Source of the DNA: a virus
Lineage: Duplodnaviria; Caudoviricetes
Direction: 5' to 3' (one strand)
Length of the DNA stretch: 64,000 nt
Virus record (IMG/VR): IMGVR_UViG_3300032243_001028
Coordinates: 32,001-96,000 of that record
Shown here: positions 1 to 8,986 of the stretch, one piece after another
Layout: each line of letters starts with the position of its first letter
Numbering within the stretch: the first letter of the stretch is position 1
Notes under the pieces: generated by a model
What the model was told of the DNA's origin: nothing
Seen by the model: the letters and a program-made list of their open reading frames with translations, nothing else
The model's database searches: none
Translations under genes and position numbers: made by a program

Positions 1-3000
1 GGTACTGAAAACCTAGACATGACTAAGCCAGTTATTACTGTTTGGGGTTCAAAGCGTGCTAAGGGAAATAAAAGCCCTATTGGTTTTGCGCAAGACTGGT
101 CCGGCGTACAGAAGATTGCTGGAGATGAAGATGATCGTTTCGGAGATAAAGATAACCAGGATCTAACTCCTGAAGAAAAACCTGCTGTAGAAGCAGTTGT
201 TCCTAGCCAAAACCGCGAAACTCCAGAAGAAGAACCTAAGCCAGAAGTTACTCTACCCGATGCTGACTCTGACCCAGATGGCTCTATGCCAGAGGGCTGG
301 AACAAAATTGGCGAGCACACCTACCTATCTAAAGATCGTAGATTCCGAGTAACTTACGGATATGGTCAATCAGATGTTGCTTTGGTTTATGACCAGAGAA
401 CTGGCGATGTTTCATTCCAACCAATTATGTCTAATGGTGTCTACACCTTAACTGAGCGTGACGGCAATGGTGATTTCACTGTTGATACTCAGGTGCCATT
501 CTTTAACTGGCCGCAAGTAGAAGATCAAATTCATGCTATTAAGCATCTAGAAGCTCTTGATCCGCTATTTAACCCTAATATTGCTAACGTTCCTGAGTAT
601 CAAAGAGAAATGTACTCTAAGTTAGATCCAGCAGAACGTTTCCAGTACGACTATTTTGGTCCTGGATCAGACATGATCAAAAAAGCTGATGCAATCATTG
701 CACAGTTCTTACAGGACACTTATCCTGGAGACTTTACCACTCCAAAATTTAATGACAATGGTTACTGGGCAGGGCGTGGTTCAAGATCTGATACTGCTGC
801 AAGAATTGTTGACTCTGGAGACAATCTGAAAAGCGTTCAAATTGTGACCAAGCTTCTTGGTACAATAAAAACACATCCTATTTTTCCGGGTGAAGATGAG
901 AATGAAGTTCTTGCTGAGGCTCTTAGAGAGTATTTTCCGGTACCAGATAACCTACATAGATTTAGTTTGTACTCAGAGTTTAAAGACTTTGATATCACTA
1001 ATGGTAGAAGTGCAGCAAAAACTCTAGATGCTGTAGGCGAAATTTTGTACGATATGTACACAAGTTCTAAAGATGAATCAGACAATAAAATTCAAGATGA
1101 CGTTTACTACGTTTCTAGACTACAAAAAGGTCTAATGAACTATGTAAATCGTAGAAACGCAAAAGATACAGACCTAGGTCCTTCTCAGAACAGAGTTAAT
1201 GATGACTACGTTCCAAATGAAGCTCAGATTAGACGTCTAGTTGCAATTCTAAACTCTAGGTACGTTCACGACGAGCCAGATCTCTGGGATAAAGTTCGTG
1301 AAATTAAAAAGAATCCTGAAGAGCACACTGTAAAAGAAGTAAATGATCTTGCAGCATATATTGAAAAAAACTTCCGTGAACTAACCTCACCTGAAAAAGG
1401 CATGGCTTCATGGCTTCAAAAGTCTTACCTTAACTGGGCCCTAGACAATAAGAACTGGAATAAACAAGAAGCAGAAGAGATTAGAAAAAAGATCGATGAT
1501 AACACCCTAACCAGGGCAGAGTACGATCAACTTCACGAGAAAGCTTATAAACTACCTTTTAAACCGCCTCAGGCTCCGGCACCTACTCCAGAAGATATAG
1601 AAGAGCTAGAAAAACTTAGAGCAGCTGATAACACTGTAAACGGTAAACCTGATTACTGGCTAGCAGATCAGCCTACTGAAAGTCCTAAGTACCTTAGCAG
1701 CAACGTTCCTCAAGAAGCTATGGGCCCTAGCGATGGTCAACTTGTTGGTATTGAAAGATTCTTAGAGGATAGAGATATTCCTCAAGATTTAGTCCAAGAG
1801 TTTATGGACAACTACAAAGACATGAATGCTCGCGAGATCCGTGAATGGTATTACACATTCAAGGAGCATCCATTCAAAGAGCAGTACAAACCTAAGAACA
1901 AGTACGGGCTAGTTGCTAGAGATTTTGACGGTGCATCTGACAGAATGCTTGCCAGTATTGAACGTATCTTTGACAAGGGATTAGCAAGCGACAGAGAAAT
2001 TGCTGCAATTGTCAAAGCTGTCCCTAGAATGAACAAGTACGAGGTAAGTACTCAGATCATGTCCGAGCTTAAAGCTCGTGAAGATGCTCACGATAGTATT
2101 CTAATAAAGAAAGCTATTGAAGGTGGAGCGTCTATTAATGACCTAAACCTGATGGATCTTATTGGTAGACCTAATGCTCCCGAAGGCTGGGAAGACTACA
2201 AGCCAACCGATGAAGCTCGTAAAGAAATTCTTGCTGATGAAAAGGATCAGGAAGAAGTAAAGCAATATGTTGACAAGCAAGCTCGTAAGAATGCTGCTCG
2301 TAGATCTCGCTACGCTCTGACTCGTCTAGCAGCTTTTGTTGCTAATCACAGAGATCTTGTAAATGCTGATGGTAAAAGAATCATCGACGGAGCAGTCGAC
2401 GACATTAGAGACCTTAAGCGTATGCTTGACCTACGTAGAAAGTACGTAATTAAGCCTGCTAAGGTTATGGAACGTCTAGAGACTATTAAGAAGGGTCTAA
2501 CTGACTCAGATAATGCTCACACCTACGGACGTCTTAAGAATAAAAAGCCTAAGACTGTAGAGACTCTTGAAAAACTTGCAGCTGAAGTCGGATCTGTTAT
2601 GGGCAGAGATGGGTACCACAATAGTCCATTTGAAAATGACTACGACCCGTCTCTAGAAGATGAAGTAGATCACAGCACATCAGCAGAGGTATTTGAGCCA
2701 AATCCTGTTGAATCTCCAGAGATTCCAGTTGACACCGATCCAGTTCCTGGAATCATTGACTACTCTAACCACCCAAATAAACCTAGACCTCCTGCAAGAG
2801 TTAAACCTAAGGCTTTCTGGGGCGTTGTTCGCGATTGGATGGCTGGAGCAAAGAACTGGGATGATGTAACTGAAGCTTTAAGAGATAAAGTTCTACACTT
2901 TATTGATTTTGAAACTACCGGCATCTTTGACCCTTTACAGCCTCATGTTAAAAACGATCCAATTCAGATTGCTATATATAAAGTTGTAAACGGAGAAATC

Positions 3001-6000
3001 GTTGATAAGTTTATAAGCTACATGAATCCTGGATCTCCTTTAAGTTCATGGTCTATGGCAAATATAAAGGATGACAAAGGCAATCGAGTAACTCCTGAGT
3101 GGATTGCAAGTCTTCCAACTAAGAGTGAAGTTATTGCTAAGGCTTTGGAATTCCTAGGCCCGGACGCAATTCTAGCTGGCCACAACGTTGCTGATTATGA
3201 TTTAGAAGTTCTAAATAGAACTCTTAAAGAAGCCGGACTAGCAGAATATTCTCCTGCTGGAATGATTGACACGCTTGGACTAGCTGATCACATTTACAAT
3301 GTATTTAACAAAAAAACTAACCTTGGTGGTCCATATAAAGTAGGAGACTTTGGTATACATGGTTCTACCGCTCTAGAAGCTTTAGGAAGATACGAAGGTA
3401 TTCCTAGTAATTCATTACATAATGCAGCTAATGATCTAGAACTTAACGTCAAACTTCTAGGGCAGATGCTTAAAAGAGCTAAGTCTGGAACCGATTTGAT
3501 TAAAGATAATATCTTTGATCTCGATGCTTCAGATAATGACTATGACGCAAAACTTGCTAAGTATATTCCAGGCTACGAAGCATTTGTCGAACGTGCTTTA
3601 AAATTTATAGCTGATAGAGCTGTTGAAAGAGCTGCTAGAGGAGACGAGCCAGATCCTAAGGATCTAGAGCAAGAAGCAAGAAATGCTCTTAACTCTACAT
3701 CTCCAGAAGGAACTCCTACAAACGATCGTCCTACTTTCTCAAGCCTGTTCCCTCCAAAGCCAGATGATGGTGAACAACCTCTTACTGAAAGCAACGTTAT
3801 TGATGATCCACTAAATAAGATCAGAAAACCAAGCCCTAAGCAGTTGAAGAGCGTTGAAAGACGTCTATTGGATCCCAGAGACATAGTATCTGCGGAACGT
3901 AGAGAAGAGATCTGGAAGTTGCTTCCAAATGTCAACTCTAACGAAATCGGTGATCTAGTTAAGGAAATGGACGGTCTAGAACTTGACTACGCCATTGCTA
4001 ACAACCTAGACGTTGATGGTTTACGAGTTCCTACTGGATATGACCTAGATAAGTTAAATACTTACCTAGATGAGAAATATCCTGACCGTCACAAGAAGAG
4101 TGGCCCTAGTCAACTTCGTGAAGGCGTGAATCAACAGAGCACTTTGTCTCAGCTATCTTATGCTATGACTAACTTGCAAGATGCTTTAAGCTCTACTAGT
4201 AGTCCAGCAGAAAAGCGTGCTATTAACTCTGCTATTAAGAAACTGGAGCAAGCAGCTCAAGATGTAATAGATAGTCCGTCTCAGAACAGAGAGCGTCCTG
4301 CAGATACTAAGAATAAAGCTGAGCTAGCTACAGGAAAACACGATATCGGATTCTTGGATAAAGAGTACACCGATCAGCAGAAAGACGCTATTGAAGCTGG
4401 TATTCGTGGATGGTCAATTGTCATAAAAGCTTTGGCTGGTACAGGTAAAACCACTACTTTGATTGCTCTTGCAAAAGCAGTACTTCACTACTTCCCTAAG
4501 AAGAGAATTCTTGCTATGGCTTTCAACAAAGCTATCGCAGACGAGAACAGACTTAAGTTCCCGGGAAATACTGAAGTTAGAACTATGGACTCTGTAGCTT
4601 TCAAAGCTCCTGTAAACAGCAAACTTTCTAAAAAGTTTACTGCTATGAAGAAACAATCAGACCCAAAAAATAGACCAATCAATGGCTTTTTAGATATAGC
4701 TGACTACTTTAAGATTCCAAACGAAGTAGAGCTTGCTAATGGACAAAGGATTTCTAAGTTCTTAGCAGTAAAACTTGTACTAAAAGGTCTAAATAACTGG
4801 ACTATTAGTGCAGATGACGAGATATCTAGAAAGCATTTCGATGAAGTGTTTGGAGATAAAATCGGTGGACCCGAGGCCTATACCCCATTCTTCTTAGATC
4901 TAGCTCAAAAAATCTGGAAAGAAAAACTGCAACCACACGATGAAAGTGTTCGTCAGATTCCTGTAACTTTCAACGATATGATGAAGAACTTTGCTCTTAG
5001 CCACCCTAACCTAAAAGAAGTTAACTCTAAGGGAGAAAGCGTCCACGGTCTCGGTGCGATTCCGGATATCATTTTGATCGATGAGGCTCAGGACGTTAAC
5101 GGGGTGTTCTTTAGACTAATGGATGAGCAAGAAACTTTGCACAACAATGGTATACAACTTGTTGTTGTTGGAGATCCTCACCAATCTATCTATCAGTTCC
5201 GCGGAGCTGTAAACAGCTTGAACATGTTTAGAAGAATGGTAACCCTACCTTTAACCATGATGTTCCGTGCTGGTCAGGATGTTGCTGATTTCGCTAACCA
5301 AGTTTTGGAGATTAAAGATGAGGACGATGAACGTCTAGTTGGAAATCCTAATAAAACTTCAAGTCTTACAACTCCTGGAAGTATGACAGATGCAGACATG
5401 ATCCTAACTACAACCAACGCTGATGCTCTGTCAGAAATTATGAGTATGGTTGGTAGAGGTCAACGTGCCGGAGTTATTCGAGAGTTTAAAGCTGAAATGA
5501 ATAGTTTCTTGGCTACAGCTAAATGGTTATTGTTTGGTGCTAATCCTAAATACCGTCCAGCAAATGCTCACCAGGACTTAGACTCTTATGATAGTTGGAA
5601 GCAGATGCTTGAACTTCATCAAGAAGATTCTGACCCAGCAGTGTCAAGACTACTAAGCATTATGGATCAGACTGAGGCACGACTAGAAGAGCAAAACAGA
5701 GACAGCGATGGTAAGGCAGTGTTTGCTGAGCTAAAGCGAATAGTCGATGGAGCAAGAATCATTGGTATTCAAGGATTCAAAAAGCCTTCGGATGGCAACT
5801 GGGGCGACGAAGGAGATCTTGGAAACTTCATTAGCTACAAGATTGAAAATGGGGCTATCCGTCTCTACAACACTGGTGATGCAAAGCCTTGGACACCTGA
5901 GCTAAAGAATCCAAATAATGGAACTAAAAATAACTCTGACACTTTATCTTCAATGGGATACACATGGGACACAGGTAAGACCTGGGACTGGACCGTCCCT

Positions 6001-8550
6001 GTTCAAGGAGATGGGTCTGAGCAACTAAATGCTCTTGTGGATGCTTTGAGTGGTGCAGATGTAGATAGCATTGTTCTAACCGCCCACAGAGCTAAAGGAC
6101 TAGAAGCTAAAAACGTTAAACTCTCGGGAACATGGTTTAAACCTAATCCACAAAAAGATGCTGAAGCTATTGAAAAGGGTAATATGCCTCGATCTCTCAC
6201 TGTGGAAGCACTAAACCTTATGTATGTTGCTGCAACTAGAACTATGGACGAGCTAGACCCTGGAATGCTTGACTGGCTTGATGGTAAAACAGACGAGTTT
6301 AAAGCAAAGCGTAAGGACTATATACGTCAACTAGAGGCTAAGTCTAAGAAAGATCCTAACGAACCTACTCCACAAAAAACCGAGAGTTCGGGTCCTCAGA
6401 TTGTAGAAGTAGACCCTAATACTCTTCAAGTAGGCGATATCGTAGCTACTGCTAAAGGTAATAAGAGAATTAAGATGATAAGTCGTCACGATTCCGATGA
6501 AGTTAGCGTATTCTTTGAAGCTATTGATGGCGGTGGCGGTGCATCATATGTCAATGGCCAGCAGGCTAAAAAGGTTATCGGAGGCCCATCTCAAAACCGT
6601 GAAGGTGCTACCAACCCTGATAGTAAGTATGACTATACTGCTGACTGGAATACCGAATATTTAGGTGGACCTGAAGGAAATGACTACAAGCACACTTGGA
6701 ATTCTCCGGATGGCAAGTATGAAGCTACTATCTCTAATGATGCTATCCAAGTTCGTAAAAACGGAACTACTATTTTCCAAGGGGATAATAGTATAGATGC
6801 TAAGTCAGATCCAGAAAACGTCAAAGAGTCTAGCTTAGATATAGTTGCAAAAGCTATTGAATCAGATTCGGATTCTACTCCTAATAGATCTACTCCTGAG
6901 CAGCCAGTAATGTCTCAGGAAGAGATTAATGCAGCCTATGACGAAGCTATTCAAGCCGAGTACGATTACCAGATGTCTCTTGAGCCTATCTCTAGAGATC
7001 CTCAGTATCCTGGCGGAGAACGCGGTCTAAAGGAGCTTACAGAGGCAGTTCACGCTGCTGAAAGAATGACAGCCGAGATCGAGACTCCTGTTCTTGACCC
7101 TATTCCTAATGGACTAGATCCAGAAGAGTACGTGGCTCAACTCAGATCAGCTCTGCCGAACAAGAGAATAGAACTTTACACTGACGAAAATGGTGACAAG
7201 TTCGTGAAGGTCTCTGAAGTGGCAAATAAATCTGGAATCTTTGGAGCTTCCGAGGCAATCTTTGGTTGGAAAGACCTAGAAGACAACGGTCCTTCTCAAA
7301 ACCGCGAGAATAACAAACCTATAAAGAGCAATAAAGATGCTGTAGATCAGGTTATGGCTCAGATTACCGAAGCTATGGATAAGGGAATTATTCCTTGGAA
7401 GAAGCCTTGGACTGGCGGTGGATCTTACCTACCTACATCAGGCGCTACTGGTAAAAACTACAAGGGTGGGAACCTGATCATTCTAGAAGTTCTAAGTCAA
7501 TTTAGAGGCTACAAAGGTACCCGCTGGTACACAAAGAATGCTATTGCTAAGCTTGGTGGCTACGTCGACGAAAACGATGGTGTGCTTATAACCAAGGTTG
7601 TGAAGAGTAAGTACACTGTAAAGCCAGATGAGACCAAAACTATCATTGACCCAAAGACTGGTGACCAGAAGCCGGATGATGGTTCTAGAACCAAGACCAG
7701 ACTTGACATTGATGTTGTTTACAACGAAGATGTGGTTAAGGGTATTACTATTCCGCCACTTCCTAGAAAAGATCCACCTCCTATGCACGAAGTAGAAGAT
7801 ATTATTCTAGATTCTTACACAAATGGACCTAATATCAAATACAGCCCTGGAGACTCGGCTTTCTGGGCACCTGATGTTGACACAATCAGTCTTCCTCTAA
7901 GAGAGCAGTTCAACAGCACTGAAGAACACCTAGACACTCTATTCCATGAACTGGTTCACAGTACTGGTGCCTCGGACAGACTAGATCGTAAGGATCTTCT
8001 AGAAAACTACGGCAAGCACAAGGATGTCCGTGCTCGTGAAGAACTTATTGCAGAAATTGGAGCAGCTATTTTAGCTTCTATGTTTGGGATCAACACCAGT
8101 ATTGAAAACGTGGCTGCTTATGTTCAGTCTTGGAAGAGATTCTTGGAAACAGAGCCAAACGCTTTGTTTGAGGCCGCTTCTATGGCAAGCAAGGCAGTTG
8201 ACTACATCCTAGCTGGCTACTATGAAGATAACCCAGATGAAGAGTATGATCCAACTAATCAGCCTGGAGCTACCTCCATGCCAATTGAGCCAGTAACTGG
8301 TGAAGATGGATCTTCTGGAGGTCTTGGAGGCGGTGTCAACTATCGAATCGAAGGTAATAGAATCTTCCTGATGGGTGATACTATGGCTGCTAAAGATCTA
8401 ATCAAGAGTGTCTCACTAATCCCTAAAGATAAGAAGATCCCATTCTCATTCTTCTGGGATAGAAAAGCAAATAATTGGAGCATTAGCCTAGGTGATCCTG
8501 AGGATAGAGTAAATATTCTTAACCAACTTAAAGCACTTCTTGGTGGTTAA
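1..8550 (+). CDS. Giant polyvalent protein 1 (5'-truncated): helical repeats, DEDDh exonuclease, SF1 (UvrD-like) helicase, ArdC-N + zincin metallopeptidase
   Basis: Frame is open from base 1 (ggt act gaa aac cta gac atg) with no RBS before the ATG at 19, so the gene probably starts upstream of the window. Motifs FIDFETTG/GHNVADYD/LHNAAND; ALAGTGKTT, IDEAQD, VGDPHQSIYQFRGA, TAHRAKGLE, YVAATR; IPWKKPW...YKGGN...HELVH...EELIAE. Confidence 0.9.
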   Translation, partial: GTENLDMTKPVITVWGSKRAKGNKSPIGFAQDWSGVQKIAGDEDDRFGDKDNQDLTPEEKPAVEAVVPSQNRETPEEEPKPEVTLPDADSDPDGSMPEGWNKIGEHTYLSKDRRFRVTYGYGQSDVALVYDQRTGDVSFQPIMSNGVYTLTERDGNGDFTVDTQVPFFNWPQVEDQIHAIKHLEALDPLFNPNIANVPEYQREMYSKLDPAERFQYDYFGPGSDMIKKADAIIAQFLQDTYPGDFTTPKFNDNGYWAGRGSRSDTAARIVDSGDNLKSVQIVTKLLGTIKTHPIFPGEDENEVLAEALREYFPVPDNLHRFSLYSEFKDFDITNGRSAAKTLDAVGEILYDMYTSSKDESDNKIQDDVYYVSRLQKGLMNYVNRRNAKDTDLGPSQNRVNDDYVPNEAQIRRLVAILNSRYVHDEPDLWDKVREIKKNPEEHTVKEVNDLAAYIEKNFRELTSPEKGMASWLQKSYLNWALDNKNWNKQEAEEIRKKIDDNTLTRAEYDQLHEKAYKLPFKPPQAPAPTPEDIEELEKLRAADNTVNGKPDYWLADQPTESPKYLSSNVPQEAMGPSDGQLVGIERFLEDRDIPQDLVQEFMDNYKDMNAREIREWYYTFKEHPFKEQYKPKNKYGLVARDFDGASDRMLASIERIFDKGLASDREIAAIVKAVPRMNKYEVSTQIMSELKAREDAHDSILIKKAIEGGASINDLNLMDLIGRPNAPEGWEDYKPTDEARKEILADEKDQEEVKQYVDKQARKNAARRSRYALTRLAAFVANHRDLVNADGKRIIDGAVDDIRDLKRMLDLRRKYVIKPAKVMERLETIKKGLTDSDNAHTYGRLKNKKPKTVETLEKLAAEVGSVMGRDGYHNSPFENDYDPSLEDEVDHSTSAEVFEPNPVESPEIPVDTDPVPGIIDYSNHPNKPRPPARVKPKAFWGVVRDWMAGAKNWDDVTEALRDKVLHFIDFETTGIFDPLQPHVKNDPIQIAIYKVVNGEIVDKFISYMNPGSPLSSWSMANIKDDKGNRVTPEWIASLPTKSEVIAKALEFLGPDAILAGHNVADYDLEVLNRTLKEAGLAEYSPAGMIDTLGLADHIYNVFNKKTNLGGPYKVGDFGIHGSTALEALGRYEGIPSNSLHNAANDLELNVKLLGQMLKRAKSGTDLIKDNIFDLDASDNDYDAKLAKYIPGYEAFVERALKFIADRAVERAARGDEPDPKDLEQEARNALNSTSPEGTPTNDRPTFSSLFPPKPDDGEQPLTESNVIDDPLNKIRKPSPKQLKSVERRLLDPRDIVSAERREEIWKLLPNVNSNEIGDLVKEMDGLELDYAIANNLDVDGLRVPTGYDLDKLNTYLDEKYPDRHKKSGPSQLREGVNQQSTLSQLSYAMTNLQDALSSTSSPAEKRAINSAIKKLEQAAQDVIDSPSQNRERPADTKNKAELATGKHDIGFLDKEYTDQQKDAIEAGIRGWSIVIKALAGTGKTTTLIALAKAVLHYFPKKRILAMAFNKAIADENRLKFPGNTEVRTMDSVAFKAPVNSKLSKKFTAMKKQSDPKNRPINGFLDIADYFKIPNEVELANGQRISKFLAVKLVLKGLNNWTISADDEISRKHFDEVFGDKIGGPEAYTPFFLDLAQKIWKEKLQPHDESVRQIPVTFNDMMKNFALSHPNLKEVNSKGESVHGLGAIPDIILIDEAQDVNGVFFRLMDEQETLHNNGIQLVVVGDPHQSIYQFRGAVNSLNMFRRMVTLPLTMMFRAGQDVADFANQVLEIKDEDDERLVGNPNKTSSLTTPGSMTDADMILTTTNADALSEIMSMVGRGQRAGVIREFKAEMNSFLATAKWLLFGANPKYRPANAHQDLDSYDSWKQMLELHQEDSDPAVSRLLSIMDQTEARLEEQNRDSDGKAVFAELKRIVDGARIIGIQGFKKPSDGNWGDEGDLGNFISYKIENGAIRLYNTGDAKPWTPELKNPNNGTKNNSDTLSSMGYTWDTGKTWDWTVPVQGDGSEQLNALVDALSGADVDSIVLTAHRAKGLEAKNVKLSGTWFKPNPQKDAEAIEKGNMPRSLTVEALNLMYVAATRTMDELDPGMLDWLDGKTDEFKAKRKDYIRQLEAKSKKDPNEPTPQKTESSGPQIVEVDPNTLQVGDIVATAKGNKRIKMISRHDSDEVSVFFEAIDGGGGASYVNGQQAKKVIGGPSQNREGATNPDSKYDYTADWNTEYLGGPEGNDYKHTWNSPDGKYEATISNDAIQVRKNGTTIFQGDNSIDAKSDPENVKESSLDIVAKAIESDSDSTPNRSTPEQPVMSQEEINAAYDEAIQAEYDYQMSLEPISRDPQYPGGERGLKELTEAVHAAERMTAEIETPVLDPIPNGLDPEEYVAQLRSALPNKRIELYTDENGDKFVKVSEVANKSGIFGASEAIFGWKDLEDNGPSQNRENNKPIKSNKDAVDQVMAQITEAMDKGIIPWKKPWTGGGSYLPTSGATGKNYKGGNLIILEVLSQFRGYKGTRWYTKNAIAKLGGYVDENDGVLITKVVKSKYTVKPDETKTIIDPKTGDQKPDDGSRTKTRLDIDVVYNEDVVKGITIPPLPRKDPPPMHEVEDIILDSYTNGPNIKYSPGDSAFWAPDVDTISLPLREQFNSTEEHLDTLFHELVHSTGASDRLDRKDLLENYGKHKDVRAREELIAEIGAAILASMFGINTSIENVAAYVQSWKRFLETEPNALFEAASMASKAVDYILAGYYEDNPDEEYDPTNQPGATSMPIEPVTGEDGSSGGLGGGVNYRIEGNRIFLMGDTMAAKDLIKSVSLIPKDKKIPFSFFWDRKANNWSISLGDPEDRVNILNQLKALLGG
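2890..3470 (+). other. DEDDh (DnaQ-like) 3'-5' exonuclease domain in giant protein 1
   Basis: ExoI DFETTG, ExoII GHNVADYD, DTLGLA, ExoIII HNAAND. Confidence 0.88.
4366..6255 (+). other. Superfamily 1 (UvrD/Rep-like) helicase domain in giant protein 1
   Basis: Q motif TDQQ, Walker A ALAGTGKTT, Ia AFNKAIA, Walker B IDEAQD, III GDPHQSIYQFRGA, IV MFR, V TAHRAKGLE, VI YVAATR. Confidence 0.92.
7345..8217 (+). other. ardC: ArdC-like module (ArdC-N ssDNA-binding + zincin MPTase) in giant protein 1
   Basis: IIPWKKPW, TGKNYKGGNL, AFWAPDVDTISLP, TLFHELVHSTG..RLDR, EELIAEIGAA, AAYVQSW match the ArdC family pattern. Confidence 0.88.
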
Positions 8551-8572
8551 TTAAATCTTTATCCAGATACTT

Positions 8573-8581
8573 TGGTATACT
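8573..8581 (+). promoter_or_regulatory. Candidate extended -10 promoter (TGgTATACT)
   Basis: Intergenic, ~40 nt upstream of an AAGGAG-preceded small ORF; no convincing -35. Confidence 0.4.
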
Positions 8582-8618
8582 ATTTAAAGACTTATTAACC
8601 ATTTCAAGGAGTATTTAC

Positions 8619-8765
8619 ATGGAAAATTATTTGAACCCCGACCACTATACTCCTGAAGATGAAGAGTATTGGACTGCTATCTCTTTTCCAAACCCAGATC
8701 CAGATTTCCTATATGATAATGAAGGCACAGAAGATACTGAGCTAAAAAACACACCTTCAGAGTAG
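8619..8765 (+). CDS. Small acidic hypothetical protein (48 aa, MENYLNPDHY...), not in ORF track
   Basis: ATG preceded by AAGGAG; fills the gap between giant gene 1 and the next ORF. Confidence 0.65.
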   Translation: MENYLNPDHYTPEDEEYWTAISFPNPDPDFLYDNEGTEDTELKNTPSE

Positions 8766-8782
8766 AGACATAGGATATATAA

Positions 8783-8986
8783 ATGGACGAAAATAAAAAG
8801 TCTGAGGCCGAGCCTATGCTTACCATAGAGTCTTACAGAAATGATGAGCACATTGTTAAGAAAGTGCCGTACTCATCTCTATCGATTGAGCAATTAGTAA
8901 ATCTAACTTTAGAAGGCTCTAAAGCCGCCAACGAAGAGTTGCAACGCTTAATCGGAGTAGACATCCTTAAGGATGGCGGAGAATAG
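8783..8986 (+). CDS. Small hypothetical protein (67 aa)
   Basis: AGGA upstream; stop overlaps the GTG start of the 6251-aa gene (TAGTG). Confidence 0.7.
   Translation: MDENKKSEAEPMLTIESYRNDEHIVKKVPYSSLSIEQLVNLTLEGSKAANEELQRLIGVDILKDGGE

Noticed and set aside
19-21. ATG at 19 as the true start of giant protein 1
   Set aside because: Frame is open to the window edge with no RBS; the gene most likely begins upstream.
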